NCBI RefSeq assembly: GCF_009914755.1
Contig: NC_060933.1
Direction: 5' to 3' (one strand)
DNA length: 64,000 nucleotides
Source: the human T2T-CHM13v2.0 reference genome, Homo sapiens
Of this stretch, positions 13,604 to 28,300 are shown piece after piece (within the stretch, counting starts at the first letter, position 1; each line of letters begins with the position of its first letter). The notes below the pieces were generated by a model. That model was not told where the DNA came from. It did not search any database and saw only the letters and a program-made list of their open reading frames with translations. The position numbers were made by a program, and so were the translations under genes.

Positions 13604-16600
13604 CTTATATTGGATAAAATAAAACTTCAAATAAAAACTGTAAAAAGAGACAAAGGTGGTCATTATACAATGATAAAAAGGGCAACTCAGCAAGATAATG
13701 TAATAATTATAAACGTATATGCACCCAACACTGGAAAACCCACATACATATAAAGGATTTTATTAGATCTAAAAAAATTCAATAAAATACTAGGATCCTT
13801 CAACACCTCACTTTAAGCAATAGATAAATCATCTACAGAGGAAATCAAAAAAGAATCATCTGATTTAAAATGCACTGTAGATTAAATTGACCTAATAGAC
13901 ATTTACAGAACATTCTACCCAGTTTTCTGGGTAGAATACACATAGCTGCAGAATACACATCCTCATAAGTAAATGCAACTTTCTCCAGATCATATCTTAA
14001 GCCACAAAATAAGTCTTAATACATTAAAAAAAAAAAAACAAAGCCATAATAAGGATATTTTCTGACCATAATAAAATAAGTTAGAAATCAATAACAGAAA
14101 GAACTTTGAAAACTATGCAAATGCATGGGAAGTAAACAACATACTTCTGAACAATGAATAGGTCAGTGAAGAAATTAAAGAATAAAATTTTTTAAAAAAA
14201 TATACTTGAGACAAATACAAATAAAGCACAATGTACCAACAACTTAAAAGTAAGAGTAATTATGGGATAAAGTAAAAAGTTTTAAGAGAAAAGTTTATAG
14301 TGACACATGCCTACACCAAAAGTTAGAAAGATCTCAAATAACCAAATGTTGCACCTCAAAGAACTAGGAAAACAAGAATAAACTAACCAAAATTTCTAGA
14401 AATAAACAAATAATAAATAGAAAAACAGAAATAAATGAGACCAAAAATACACAAGATTAACAAAATGAAAAACTTACTTTTTGAAAAGAAAAAGAAAATT
14501 GAGAAACCTTTAGTTAGGTTAACTGAAGAAAAAAAGAGAGAAAATTCAGATATATAAAATCACAGATAAAAATGAGAAATTACAAATCATACTATATAAA
14601 TACAAAGAAGCATATGATATTACTGTGAACAACTTTAAATGAACAAATTGGAAAACCTAGAGGAAATGGATAAATTCCTGGGCACACAAAATCTACCAAA
14701 ATTGTGTCATGAAGAAATAGAAAATCTGAACAGATCAATAATTAGTAATTAGGTTGGGTTAGTAATAGTATGTCTTTTATCAAAGAAACACCGAAGACCT
14801 GATGGCTTCATGGCTGAATTCTATTAAACATTTAAAGAAGAACTAATACCAATCCTTTGCAAACTATTCCAAAAATCAAAGAAAAAGGAAGTCTTACAAA
14901 CTCATTCTATGAGATTAGCATTACCTTAAAAGCAGAACCAGAGAAGAATACACATAATAAAGAAAACTATAAGCCAATACCTTTGATGAACATAGATGCA
15001 AAAACCCTCAACAAAATCCTAGCAAACCAAATTCAATGGCAAATTTAAAAAATATGTACTCACCATGATCAAGTGAGATTCACCCTAGATATGCAAGGAT
15101 GTTTCAACATACGCGAATCAGTAAGTGTGATACATCACATTACAGAATCAAGGACAAAAGCTGTATGATCAGTTCAATAGGTATAGAACAATATTTGATA
15201 AACTTCACATCCCTTCACTATAAAATCTCTCAAACAAATTAGGTTTGAAGGAACACACTCAATACGATAACGGCCATATATGACAATCTTATATCTAATG
15301 CCACCTGAGTAAGAAAAAACTGAAAGCTTTTCTAAGATCTTGAGCAAGAAAAGGATGCACACTCTCACTGCTTTCATTCAATATAGTATTGCCAGCGCTA
15401 ACCAAAGCAATGAGGCAAGATAAATAAATATACAGCATTCAAATTATAAAGAAGAAAGTCAAATTGTCTTGTTTGCAGACCACATGATTATATATAGAAA
15501 ATCCAGAAGACTCCACCAAAAAATTGTTAGAACTAATAAATAAATTCAATAAAGCTGGAGGATATAAATTTACTAAATACAATTAGTCATGTTTCTATTA
15601 TCAAAAGTGAACTACCTGTAAAAAATTAAGAAAGCAGTCTTATTTATAACAGCTACCAAAAATTAAAATGCCTAGAAATAAATGTAACCAAGGGGTAAAA
15701 GATCTCTACAATAAAAACTATAAAACATTGATAAAGGAAATTGAGGAGGACATGAATAAATAAAGATGCACCATGTTCATGGATTAGAAAAACTACTATT
15801 ATTAAAATGTCCATACCACTGAAAGCAATCTATAGATTCAATGCAATTCCTATCAAAATGCCAATGACATTCTTCACAGAAAAAAAAAAAATCCTAAAAT
15901 TTGCATGGAACCACAAAATACCCTAAATGAAAGCAATCCTGAAAACAAAAGCAAAAACAGAAGCAAAATACAAAAGTACAAAGCTGGGGCATCATGTTAC
16001 CTGATTTCAAGATACACTAAAAAGCAATAGTAGCCCAAGTAGTATGGCATTGGCATAAAAATGGACACACAGACCAATGGAACAGAATAGAAAATACAGA
16101 TAAAACTCCATGCACTTACAGCCAACTAATTTTTGACAAAGTTGCCAAGAACAGGCATTAGGGAAAGGACTGTCTCTTCAATAAATGGAGCTAGGTAAAC
16201 TGGATATCAGCATGCAAAATAATAAAAAAATCCCCTTATCTCTTACCATTTAAAAAAATCAACTGAAAATAGAGCAAAAATGTAAATGTTAAGACAAAAA
16301 CCTATAGAACCACTAGAAGAGAAAAAAGGAGAAAGCTTTATGACATTCTTCTTGGTAAGGATTTTTTGGATAAGAACTCAAAGAACAGGCAACAAAAGGA
16401 AAAGAGAAAAATGGGATCACATCAAAGTAAAAAGCTTCTGCATAACAAAGGAGACAACACAGTGAAGAGGTAACCTATTGAATAAGAGAAAACATTTGCA
16501 AATTACAAACCTGACAAGGGGTCAATATCCAAAATACATTAAAAAATCAAACAATTCCATAGCAAAAACATTAAAAAATGAAAGCCAAACAATTTGTTTA

Positions 16601-17270
16601 AAAATGAACAAAAGACATGAATAGACATTTCTCAAAGATGAACAAATGTTCAACATGTGTATAAAAAAGTTCAATCATCAAAAAAATGCAAATCAATACT
16701 ACATTGAGTATCACCTCTACCTAAAATGAATGGCTATTATCAACTAAAAATATAACAAAAGCTGATATGGATGTGAAGAAATGGGAACACATATGCACAG
16801 TTGGTTGGAATATAAATTAGAACAGCCGTTATGGAAAACATGGAAGCTTCCCCAAAAATTAAAAATGGAACTACCGTATGATTCATTGGTGCTACCACTG
16901 GGAATGCATCCAAAGATAAAATCAGTATGTCAAGGAGAGACCTTACTATTTTTATTTTATTGCAGCACTATTCATAATATCCAAGATACGGAATCAACCC
17001 AAGTATCCATCAATGAATGAATGAATGAATAAAAATTAAAAATAGAACTACCATATGATTTATTAGTGCTACTACTGGGAATGTAATCACAGATAAAATC
17101 AGTATGTCAAGAAGAGACCTGTAGTATTTTTATTTTATGGCAGCACTATTCATAATATCCAAGATATGGAATCAACTCAAGTATCCGTCAATGAATGGAT
17201 GAACAAAGAAAATGTGGTAAGCAATAGAATACTATTCAGCCATTACAAAAAATGAAACCTTCTCATTTAT
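13604..17270 (+). mobile_element. L1MA-type LINE-1 ORF2 remnant
   Basis: Degenerate EN-to-C-terminal ORF2 sequence, e.g. peptides NSFYEISITL and NYKPIPLMNIDAKTLNKILANQIQ, and tttgcagac (FAD) near 15472. Confidence 0.9.
16854..17204. repeat. Tandem duplication of about 177 bp within the L1
   Basis: aaaaattaaaaat..gaactacc...caagtatcc.tcaatgaatg starts at 16854 and again at 17031. Confidence 0.92.
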
Positions 17271-17625
17271 GGCAGGATTTAGTATTTCAAGTGTTGCTGG
17301 ACTGAAGGCCTCAATTGATTTCTGGTTCTTGGCTGAGACTTCTTCAATTCCTTGTCAGGTGAGCTTCTCCATAGGGGAACTAGCTTCGTCACAGTAATCA
17401 AGTGATAGAGCAAGCGAGTGAGAGAAAGTCAACACAATGTAAGACAAAGTCTTTGGTAAGTTAATTTTAGAAGTGACACTCCACCATCTTTGCTATAACT
17501 TATTTGTTAGAAAAATGTCACTACATGAGCCCACACTAAAGAAGAGGTGATCATGGAAAGTCATGAATGCTACAATGCATGATTCATTGGAAGACTGAAA
17601 GCTTTTTCAGAAGCTACCAAACACA
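17271..17625 (-). mobile_element. MLT1-family MaLR LTR fragment
   Basis: MLT1F/G/H-like motifs ggactgaaggcctca, gaagtgacactccaccatc and gcccacactaaag. Confidence 0.6.
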
Positions 17626-18249
17626 GCATAGTATATTTTCAAAGTACCATGTTAGCCATAATCACAAAGCCTCTCCAAGCTATATTAAATTTACATATTA
17701 AATAAACTAGCATTGGGATTTTCATCAGAAGGTACATTATATATATGCAAGTATTGCATTAGTCTTTTGCATAGTATGACTAAGATTATTAGAAAATTTT
17801 AATGTACGATAAAAATAATTACTTTGGTAGTGTTACCAGAAAAAATTATATCATTATAAAATAGATTAATAGATTCAGAAGGAATTAGACAGCATTTCTC
17901 AATAGAATATTCTCTAATGAACTTGAGTTGTGTAGATTAATTAAATGTTTTCATTATCCAGGCAGCCAAATGAGGTCCAAATATTCAGAATGTACCATTT
18001 CCATGCCTAAATGTCCTTGAAGAATGTTTATTGTTTAGGGAGCCCTCGATATTTCATTAATTTAACTTATTTTGCAGAATATATGAACACCAAATTATGC
18101 ATTCTGAAAGACTGTTGGGAGGGTCAGAATTCTGTATATTAAAAATCAAATAATTTGTGGCAACCATATGAAATATCTACCAAGAAAAATGAGTTTCTTC
18201 ATTGAAACAAGTGCTCCTTTGAGGGAGTTTGACACAATTGACTATATTA

Positions 18250-18746
18250 ATTAGTTTTTTAAAAAACTCAATTATTTTAATTAAATTTTTATTATTAAAA
18301 TAAATTATGTATATGATATAAAATTTTTAAATGTTCAGCTGTATAGAAAGTTGAAACTTATATTATCACTTTATTCGAACTCCATATCTCATTCTCCAGA
18401 GACAAGTAATATTTATGGCATGTGATTCCCTTCATTTGCTATGCCAAATCTATTTATTTATGTGGGTTTGTATGTGGGATGGGATGCATAATTTTTTCTC
18501 CTTAATAGGGTCATAATTTAATACTACCTGACACATTTGATTTCTCTTAATGATGTTTTGAATATATTACCATTCACGTGTATGTGTGTATATGTATAAT
18601 CTCTATTATTTTCTATTTTTATACATTACATTCCATTGCTTCAGAGTATTTTACATATTTAAGTATTTTCATAAGCATCAGTAATTGTTTTCCATTAATA
18701 TATGAATGCTGTGATGAATATACCTACTTATACTCATTTGCTCTTT

Positions 18747-18792
<46 letters not shown>

Positions 18793-19700
18793 ACTAGAAA
18801 TGAGAAGTGCTATGTAAATCTTTAAAATTGGATAGACACTTCCAAGTAGTCTTAAATTTTTTGTGTCTAATTGTATTCCCATTCACTTCTTTGAAGGCAT
18901 GTGTTTTCTTACACCTTGACAACATAGTATGCTGTTCATTTGTCAGATAAAAGTTGATATCATCTTACTGTTTTCATTTTCAGTGTTTTAATAAGATCAT
19001 ACATGTTAATGTGTTTGTTTTCATTTATATTTTGTCTCTTAATTGTGACCGCATAAATTTAACGATATTTCTCTCATTTTAAAGCATTTTCTGTACAATA
19101 AGGAAATAAGCCTGTGTTGAACATGTGCTGCAAATTTCTCTAGTTGCTTATTTATGACTTTTGTTTTGTCAAGGTACACCTATCTATCTATCCACCAATG
19201 AAGCAATATGGTTTGGTTTTGTTTTGGGGTTTATGGAAAGCTCACATAGATATATTTCTATGTGGATTATTATTTTTAAATGACATATTTATATTTTATT
19301 TACATTTCTTGTATTTAGAGTTCATTTAAGTGAAGAGTATACTTAACTTCCACATTTTCCACTCACTTATACAACAATATTTTTATCACCAATATTATTC
19401 AATTGTTCTAAAATATATTTCTGGAAAACATTTTATTGTTTTCCCAATGTTTGAAATGTTACTATTAACTTCTAGATAACTTCTAAAGATATATATTTCT
19501 CTATAAGTATTATGTTCATCTTTATCTATCTTTCATGAACACTTTAAATGGTAATATATATTATAATGTATTAATTTTGGCAACTATTTATTTTTTAATC
19601 ATGTTGCTCCTTTTCAAAATTTTCATTAATATTTGTACATTTTTTTAAAGTACCCTAAATTCTGTTGACATTATGGTTGAGATCTCATTGCTTTAATAAA
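18250..19700 (-). mobile_element. Highly decayed L1ME-type fragments
   Basis: T-rich antisense L1-like patches; boundaries uncertain. Confidence 0.4.
18749..18789. repeat. (TA)n microsatellite, about 20 units
   Basis: Uninterrupted TA run. Confidence 0.98.
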
Positions 19701-19969
19701 TAAATTTAATGAAAATATGTAAGTATAACTAAGATGTATATATTACATGATCAAATTATATATGTAGATATAACCAACCTATACACAAGTGATATATATT
19801 TGTATGTATATATGTGTATATGTATATTTGAGATAATAATCAAATAATAAAATTTATTACTTTAAATTATATAATTCAGTAAAATAAACTAACATTTAGT
19901 GTATTCAGGATATTGTAGAGCCATCACCTCTACATAGTTGCAAAACATGTTCATCACCCAAAGGCAAAC

Positions 19970-20470
19970 TGCTGGGAAAGACAGCAAGGTAGATTGTTGC
20001 CCCTTGCATAGCAACCAAAGAGTGGACTTGGGGCTGGGGGATGTCCTTACAATTCAATAAAAAGACCTTACTGCCAGGGCTGGATGTAACTCTCTGCTTG
20101 GACATACTTTTCCTTCTTTTGGATTTGATGAGCAAGTTTTTTCTACTTAAGTGTGTAAATCATATGGTACCTGTCCAGCCTCACTGCTTTATCTGTTCCT
20201 GATGCGGTGGAAGCAGGGTCCTTCACCTGCAACACAAGAGGTGTGTAGGCAGACCATCTCCTTGCATCAGCTGCAAGGTGAAGTCTGCTGGCCTTGGGGA
20301 CTGATGTTCATTATTGAAGCTGATCTTGCTTGGTCTCTTTTCTATATAAGCAAAAGTGTTCCATCCAGTGCCTGTGTGAGTCATATCTTTCTTGGTGACC
20401 CCAACATCTGTAAACCATGCACTGGGTGGCTATCGTGGGACTGTCACCCTCCTGTTGGAGGGCAGCAGGT
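19970..20470. mobile_element. Probable old ERVL-class LTR, family not identified
   Basis: GC-richer block starting with TG that abruptly interrupts an L1MB 3' end; LTR-like composition; no TSD seen. Confidence 0.4.
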
Positions 20471-21171
20471 CTCACTTGTGTGTTCTCTCTCTCCCATAAA
20501 TATTACACACATAGACACACACAAACACACACAGATAAATACATATATATGCATATATATTCATGTAATAATAGATTTTTGAGGTAATATTCAGATAACA
20601 TTAAATGAACCATTTTAAAGCATACGATTCAGTGGCATTAGTGCATCTATTGTGCCATGGAATCATTGCCTCCATCTAGTTACAAAATATTTTTTCCCAA
20701 AGGGAAATGCTGTATCCATTCAGCTGTCACTCACCCAGCTGTCCTCTTTGATCAGCCCCCGGCAACCATTAATCTGCCTTCTATATCTATGGACTTGCAT
20801 ATTTAGAATACTTCATGTAACTGGAATCATACATTAGACATCCTTTCATGTCTGCCTTGTTTCACTTAGCAAAATGTTTCTGAGACTTATCCATGTTGTA
20901 GCATGCAGCAATATTTCATTTGTTTGTATGGCTGAATACTATTCCATTTATAATTACATATGTTTTCTTTATTCATTTTTCAGTTGATGGCTACTGAGGT
21001 TGTGTCCACCTTTTGGAAATTGTCAACAGTACTGTTATAAACACTGGTGCACAAGCTTTTGTATGAATACCTGTTTTCAATTTCTTCTAGTACATATCTA
21101 AAAAGAAAATGGCTGAGAATTCTATGTGTAATTTTTTCACAAACCAACAAACAGTGTACCACACTGGCTAG

Positions 21172-21609
<438 letters not shown>

Positions 21610-22114
21610 TGATTTACATTTTTTAATGACTAAAAATGTTGACTTCATTTTTATGTGCCTGTGGGCCATTTGTATGCCTTTTTGAAGAAGTGATTATTGA
21701 GGTCTTCAGCCAATTGTTTTAATTGAGTCGCTTGTCTTTTTGTTGTTGAGATGTACAAGTCCTTTACATATTTTGGGTACTAAACTCTTTTCATATATAA
21801 GATTTATAAATATTTTTCTCATTAAGTAGGTTCCTTTTCCTTTCTTATGTATTTTGATTTTCCATTTTTAATTTTTATGAAATCCAGTTTGTCTTTTTCC
21901 TTGTTGCTTGTTCTTTCGAAGTCATTGCCAAATCCAATGCCATGAATCTATTTCTCAATGTTTTCTTCTATGAGTTTTGCATTTTTAACATGTGCATTTT
22001 GATCTTTGATTTATTTAAGTTAATTTTTGCATATGTTATAATATACAGGTCCAAGCACGGTCCTTTGCATATAGATATCCACTTTTGGTAGAACCATTTG
22101 TTGAAGAGATTATT

Positions 22115-22175
22115 CTTCTTTTTTTCCTTTTTATAGATTTAGGGGATAGAAGTGCAGTTTTGTTATATGGAAATA
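22115..22175 (-). mobile_element. About 60-bp L1PB-like 3' terminus with TSD
   Basis: tttatagatttaggggatagaagtgcagttttgttatatgg, flanked by aagagattatt (22104) / aagagactatt (22176). Confidence 0.75.
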
Positions 22176-22239
22176 AAGAGACTATTTTTCCCCCATTGAA
22201 CAATCTTGCAACTCACCAAAATATTAATTTTCAATTTTC

Positions 22240-22770
22240 ACTTTTTAAGTTTATTTTTAATGGACAAATAAACATTTTATATATTTATGATGTACAATAT
22301 TTTGTTTTAAAATATGTGCACATTTTAGAATGACTAAACAAGGTAATTAACATAGGCATTATTTCTACCTTGATGTAATCACACACATCATTTTTTATGG
22401 TGTGAAAACTTAAAATGTGTGCAGATATCTTTCCCAGCTGGTGATTTATTTCTTAGATATATATCCAGTAGTGGGATTGCTGGATCATATGGTAGTTCTA
22501 TTTTTTATTATTGGGGGGAATATCCATACTATTTTTAGTAATTATTGTACTAATTTACATTCTGATCAACAGAACACAGGGTTTCATTTCCTCCACATCC
22601 TTTCTAACGCTTGTTAGCTTAAATCTTTTTGATAATAGCCAATCTAACAAGTGTGAAGTGGCATCACATTATGGTTTTAATTTGCATTTTTCTCATGATT
22701 AGGGATGTTGAGCATTTTTTCATATACCTGTTGTCTATTTACATGTCTTCTTTTGAGAAATGTCTATATT
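22240..22770 (-). mobile_element. L1MA-like 3' fragments
   Basis: gtagtgggattgctggatcatatggtagttcta and L1MA 3'-terminal motifs. Confidence 0.8.
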
Positions 22771-23089
22771 TTACTGTTTCAAATATTCTTTTTTCTAGTG
22801 AATATTTTTGACATATTTCAAACAATATTTGCATATTTATTTTTAGGTTTACTTAGAGAATTTATTATAGTCTTCACTATTTTTAAAATAAGTGAACATT
22901 GCTATTTAAAAAATGGAAGTGTTTATTCATCTATACTTATTAAGTGACCACATGAAATTTATTTTGGGTTCTATTATTTGTTTTTCTTTTTTAAATTTTA
23001 CACGTGCAAAATAATGCCAGGAATTAGTAATATTTTCTATTTTCTAATATTTATACCATGAAAATGGTATTGAATAGCAGATCTGTGAT

Positions 23090-23646
23090 CCATTCACTTC
23101 CTTTACTGAGGGGATACTCTAAGGTCATATACACAAAACTCATAGAAACATGTTGCTAGCAGTCATCCAGTAAAATGATCTAGTGTTCATATCAGCATTA
23201 TTCACAGAAAAACAGGTAAAAGGTAAAAACAATGCAAATGCCCATCAACAGATGACACAATAAATAAAATGTAGCATATACAGATAATGGAGTATTATTC
23301 AGTCCTTTTTAAAAATGAATGGAATTCTGATAGATGCTACAGCATGGCTGAATCTTGAAGACATCATGCTAAAGGAAATATTGTATGAGTAAAATTATAT
23401 AAGATACCTAAGAGAAGTCAAATTCATATACACAGAAAGTAGAGTGAAGATTTCCAGGATGAGAGAGAAAGGGGAAATGGGAAGTTATTGTTTAAGAGCT
23501 AAAAAGTTTTAGTTTGAGAAGACTGAAAAAAAAGTTCTGAAGATGAAGGGTTGTGATGGTTGTACAGCAATGTGAATGCACAAAACTATGTATTTAAAAA
23601 TAGTGAAGCTGGTCAATTTTATGTTACATATATTTTACCCAAATTA
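23090..23646 (+). mobile_element. L1MB-like 3' end
   Basis: tcttgaagacatcatgctaa, agtcaaattcat..acagaaagtagagtg and caattttatgttacatatattttacc. Confidence 0.8.
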
Positions 23647-23647
23647 G

Positions 23648-24302
23648 ATATATATATAATATATATTATACTTTATTATAATATATAATATATTATATTT
23701 TATTATAATATATTATATATTTTATTATAACATATTATATTTTATTATTATATATTATATTTTATTATAATATATATTATATTTTATTATAATATATATT
23801 ATATTTTATTATAATATATATTATATTTTAATATAATATATATTATATTTTAATATAATATATATTATATTTTAATATATAATATATTGTATTTTATTAT
23901 AATATATAATATATTATATTTTATTATAATATATTATATATTATATTTTATTATAATATATTTTATTATAATATATTATATATTATATTTTATTATAATA
24001 TATTTTATTATAATATATTATATATTATATTTTATTATAATATATAATGTATATTATAATAACATATAATATACAATTTATGCTATAATATGTATTTTAT
24101 TATGATGTATAATACATTTTATTATAATATAATATCTTTTATTATAATATATATTTTATTATATTATATTATATTATATATGATAATATATTTTATTATA
24201 ATATATAATATATTTTATTTTATTTTAATATATATTTTATTTTATAATAATATATATTTTATCTTATTATAATATATATTTTATTATAATATATAATATA
24301 TT
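23648..24302. repeat. AT-rich minisatellite / low-complexity tract (units like TATATTATATTTTATTATAATA)
   Basis: About 650 bp, almost all A/T, with roughly 17-24-bp periodicity. Confidence 0.97.
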
Positions 24303-25949
24303 AGCTGGTCAATTTTATGTTACATATGTTTTACCCAAATTAAATATATATTATACATCATATATATCATATATATATATGTATATAAAAGACATTGTCT
24401 TCCAAAGTGAAAGCAGTACTTTCATTTTGTGCATACTTCCAAAAAAAAAATAAGAAGAACAAGAATCCTGCTCCAGTTTGTGTAAAACTTGCTTTTAGTG
24501 CCTGAGCCAGACCATGTCATTACCATAGATGTGTACAGTTCTCAGATACTACGATATTTCCATACCACTGTGGACAACTTACATGCAAAAGCCTGCAGTG
24601 AATGCAAGAGAATATTTCAGACTGAAGGGCTGTATCATTGTTTCACTTGAAGCAGAAGCAGCCAAAAGGGCTGCATCAATCATGACAGACTGAATGTGGA
24701 GTTTCCCTTGCTTTACCAAGAGAGATGGAGGTCCAGAGGATTGACTAGGACATTTCTGGTTGGGAATGTTAAATGTGTGGCCATCCCTGTGGACGACATG
24801 ACTGATGCATAAGGCACAATATGCCACAAAGTAGACAAACCTACTCTGCTGAAGCCACTAAAGTATATGACACGTTTACTCATGGAATCTTATTTGAGCT
24901 AGCTATTTCCAGATAAAATACTTCTACTTTCGAAGCTGTTTACAAACTTCATTTCCTCAAGAAGACAAAATAAAACACTCCTCTAAAACTCACATTATTA
25001 ATATTCCAGTGATTTGGCTGCACACAAGAGCAGTTTTGTCACTTAATTGTTTAACCATATCCCTCCATAACTTCAGAATATTATGATTTGTGACACTACA
25101 CTTTGAATTATTTGTCATGTAGAACTCAACAAACTATAGAATAATTTTAAAACTGTAATTGACTATAGCTATCGCTAAGTTTGCACTTTGTAGGCTACAT
25201 TTACTTTTGTAGCTAATTTTCACGTAACCTGAGAAGAATGCTATCAATGAAGATGAGGATGAAGGATGCTGAACAGCAGAGCTTTTGAACTCTGTGACCA
25301 TAAATCAAAATAGTTCCTTGCTAAGATAGCTGTCTAGGTATGACATAGAGCAAATTGCTGCTGTCTTCCCAGTAAACAGTTTGTCACAGCTTAACCTATT
25401 TTTCCAAATATACTAAATGCATGTAAAATGTGAATGTGGGTGAATTTTAATTAACGAAGTGTAAATGGAAAGTAGGAAGGTTTGAGGAAGGTGGATATGA
25501 ATGTGATTTGAGTTGTATGATATTACAGATAATACCCTTCCAGAGGTGCACAAAAGAAGTATATGTAACATCTCATGGCTATATTTAGGGATAAAAAATA
25601 CTCAATCGACAGTAACTTCTATTTTTCAACTTTCTTCATTGTCATATGCTAAAGATATACACAGTAGCTTGATCAGCACTTTCCTCATCAGGCCTTTTAT
25701 GTATATTGTGTTAACATTTAAAACATGTAATTTTATCGAGAATTTCATGATGTGATTAGCTCTGAAGGAGGATGAAAAAGTAGTGGGGTTTATATATGGG
25801 GGGAGGGTTGTCTACTGGTAAGGTACTCATTTCCAAAGCTGAGTACCAAGTATACTATATTATATTTATCAAAGTTTTAAAATTACATGAATTTGTAGTA
25901 CATATTTAAAAATCAAGTTTCTTCTATTAGTTCATTTAGTAGTTAAATC

Positions 25950-28300
25950 TTTACAGGTAAATTTAATCCAAAATGATGAAACAGGTAATTCCATTTTACA
26001 CAGAACAGAATATTTCTATTTTATTTTTATGTGTTCTATTAACTTTATATCCAAACCAGATAAAGACAGTAGGAAAAAAAATAAAGGCAAAAGACATTAA
26101 TGAACTTAGTTGCAAAAATAATCGTGGCAAAGCAAATCGAGAAAATATTTGATATTATTTGAAAAAAAAGTACGTAATAGTCAAGGAAGATTTATGCCAG
26201 AAATGCATTTTTTTGTTAAACTTTAGAAAATCTGGTAGTTTAATTCACCACATTATTTTTAAAAATTGAAATAATATGGTTAACTCAAAAAATGCCAAAA
26301 TATATGTGAAACAATTCCACAGTCGATGATGATAAAATTGCATTAAATTAAGAGGAGAGCTTGACTTTCTTAATTTCATTGAGGATAGCTATTTAAGTAA
26401 ACAGCCATATGACAGAGTGCATAATTAGTGAACTACTAGATGCATTCCAATTAAAGTTAGAAACAAACAAGAAAGCTTGTCCTTAATGAATTATTCTATA
26501 TATTCCACACTGTTTTTAAACTTTTTGCAAGTGCAAAAAGATGATAAAACAAATAAAGGTGGCTACAAACTAAAAAGAACACCAAAATTATCTGTATTTT
26601 GCAGTTGAATGGATGATCTACATAGGCAAATAAGCACACTATAGGGAAAAAAGTATAATTACATAAATGTAAGCATTCTCATTATAAGATCAATACAATA
26701 ATAATTTATTTTACTCCTATTAACCAATAGCAATAGTTAGACATGTAATAACATCTAACTTTGTAATGAAAAATGTATGCAGAAAAACACTAATAAAATA
26801 CATGCCTGCAGCTTATAATACATTTGGAAAAATATTTTTGAAGCTTTAAAATACAACAGACAATCAAAGGCAGATTTTTTATGGCTGGAAACACTCAAAA
26901 TCATGATGGCATGCACTTCAAACAAATGGATCTATATATCCACTACAAGTCAATTAAAAGTTCCAAAATACGTTATTGAGGAATTTGATGAATACTAAAA
27001 TTTATATAGGTGGGCAACAATCCAAAAATTACCAAAAATCTTTGAGAGAAGACAACTAAGTGGAAGAAATGTTTCTCTTGGTGCCATGATGCAGTTTTAA
27101 ATAAATGTCATCAAAATAGTGTGGTATTAGATTGGGGATAGATAAATACTGTATACATAGCAGGTAAAGTAAAGGGCTCAGAAATAGATGCACACAAATA
27201 TTTCTGAGCTAGCAACTTCTGTAAGAAGGATTTTCTTTTTATCTAGCACCTTTAAATGATAAGTCATTTTCAAACTACTTAGGAGCCAACTTGAAGAGAC
27301 TTCTGCTGGTCAAGGATGTAATCATTTGAGTAGAAAAATCATGACAACTGCAGTGGATTGAAATGTATAAAATATCTTTACATTCTTGAGTTAATAAGGA
27401 TATTAAAACAAATTCATAGTAATCTTTGGTGGTTTCTAGGGTTTCTATGTTTAAAAATTATTAATGATAAAAGGGAATAACCACTTATCCTTCATTAAAA
27501 AAACTTTGCATTAGGAGAGCGAAATCATTACTAGAGAAGCGTTTTTTAATTACAGATGCCAGCTTGTGAATAAGGAACAAATGTTCAAATTATATTACCA
27601 CTATTTAAAAAAATTGAAGAAATATTGGACCTAGTCTTTAAGTATGGCAGTGAGAATCACACAAAAAAACTAGATTACTGGTTACTATATGCCTCCTGAT
27701 AGAAGCAAACAGCACTTCCAATAAGTTAATCTTACCAGAAAAGAAAAGCTGACACTGAACAATATTTCAATTCTACCAAATGCTTTTAGAAAATACTGAG
27801 GATAGTGAGAAATATTAAATCATGCTACTCCTAAATTAGCCAAAGTCAAAATATAATAATAAGATATTTGCAAATCCAGAATATGAAAAAGTCTACCCAA
27901 GAAACCAAGCACAAAAAGGTTTTTCAACCAGTAAGTTGAAAACTCCCAGAATAGAATGAAATGAGCCAAATAGGTTTTCAAAGACTTTTATAAAACTTAT
28001 CAAACAAATGCAAACCTACCATACCAATATGCAGATATGGAATGTATTTAAAGTTATTTTGAAAATTTTATTCATAAGATTATTGGGAAAATTTAAAAAT
28101 TGACTAAAGACCTAATGGTATTAACTATTGATGAGTTTATTTAGGTTGAAAATGTATTGTCATTATGCATGAAAAAGAGCAGCTGATATTCTTTTAAAAT
28201 TGCCTAGTAAAATATTACGAATGAGATTTTAGAGGGTCTGGGTTTGTTTCAAAATAAACTCGTGTGTTTCAAACTTGTGTTTCAAAATAAACTTGAGTGA
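25950..28300 (+). mobile_element. Old L1MC4/5-like ORF2 plus 3'UTR remnant
   Basis: Degenerate ORF2 (ccaaaccagataaagac, aattcaccacatt) and the L1MC 3'UTR motif ttaggagccaacttgaagag...tgcagtggattgaaa. Confidence 0.7.

Noticed and set aside
20151-20582. 143-aa ORF
   Set aside because: It lies in an LTR-like block and runs into a CA/TA repeat; no recognisable domain.
23887-24272. Tyr/Ile/Phe-rich ORFs
   Set aside because: Translation of the AT-rich minisatellite.
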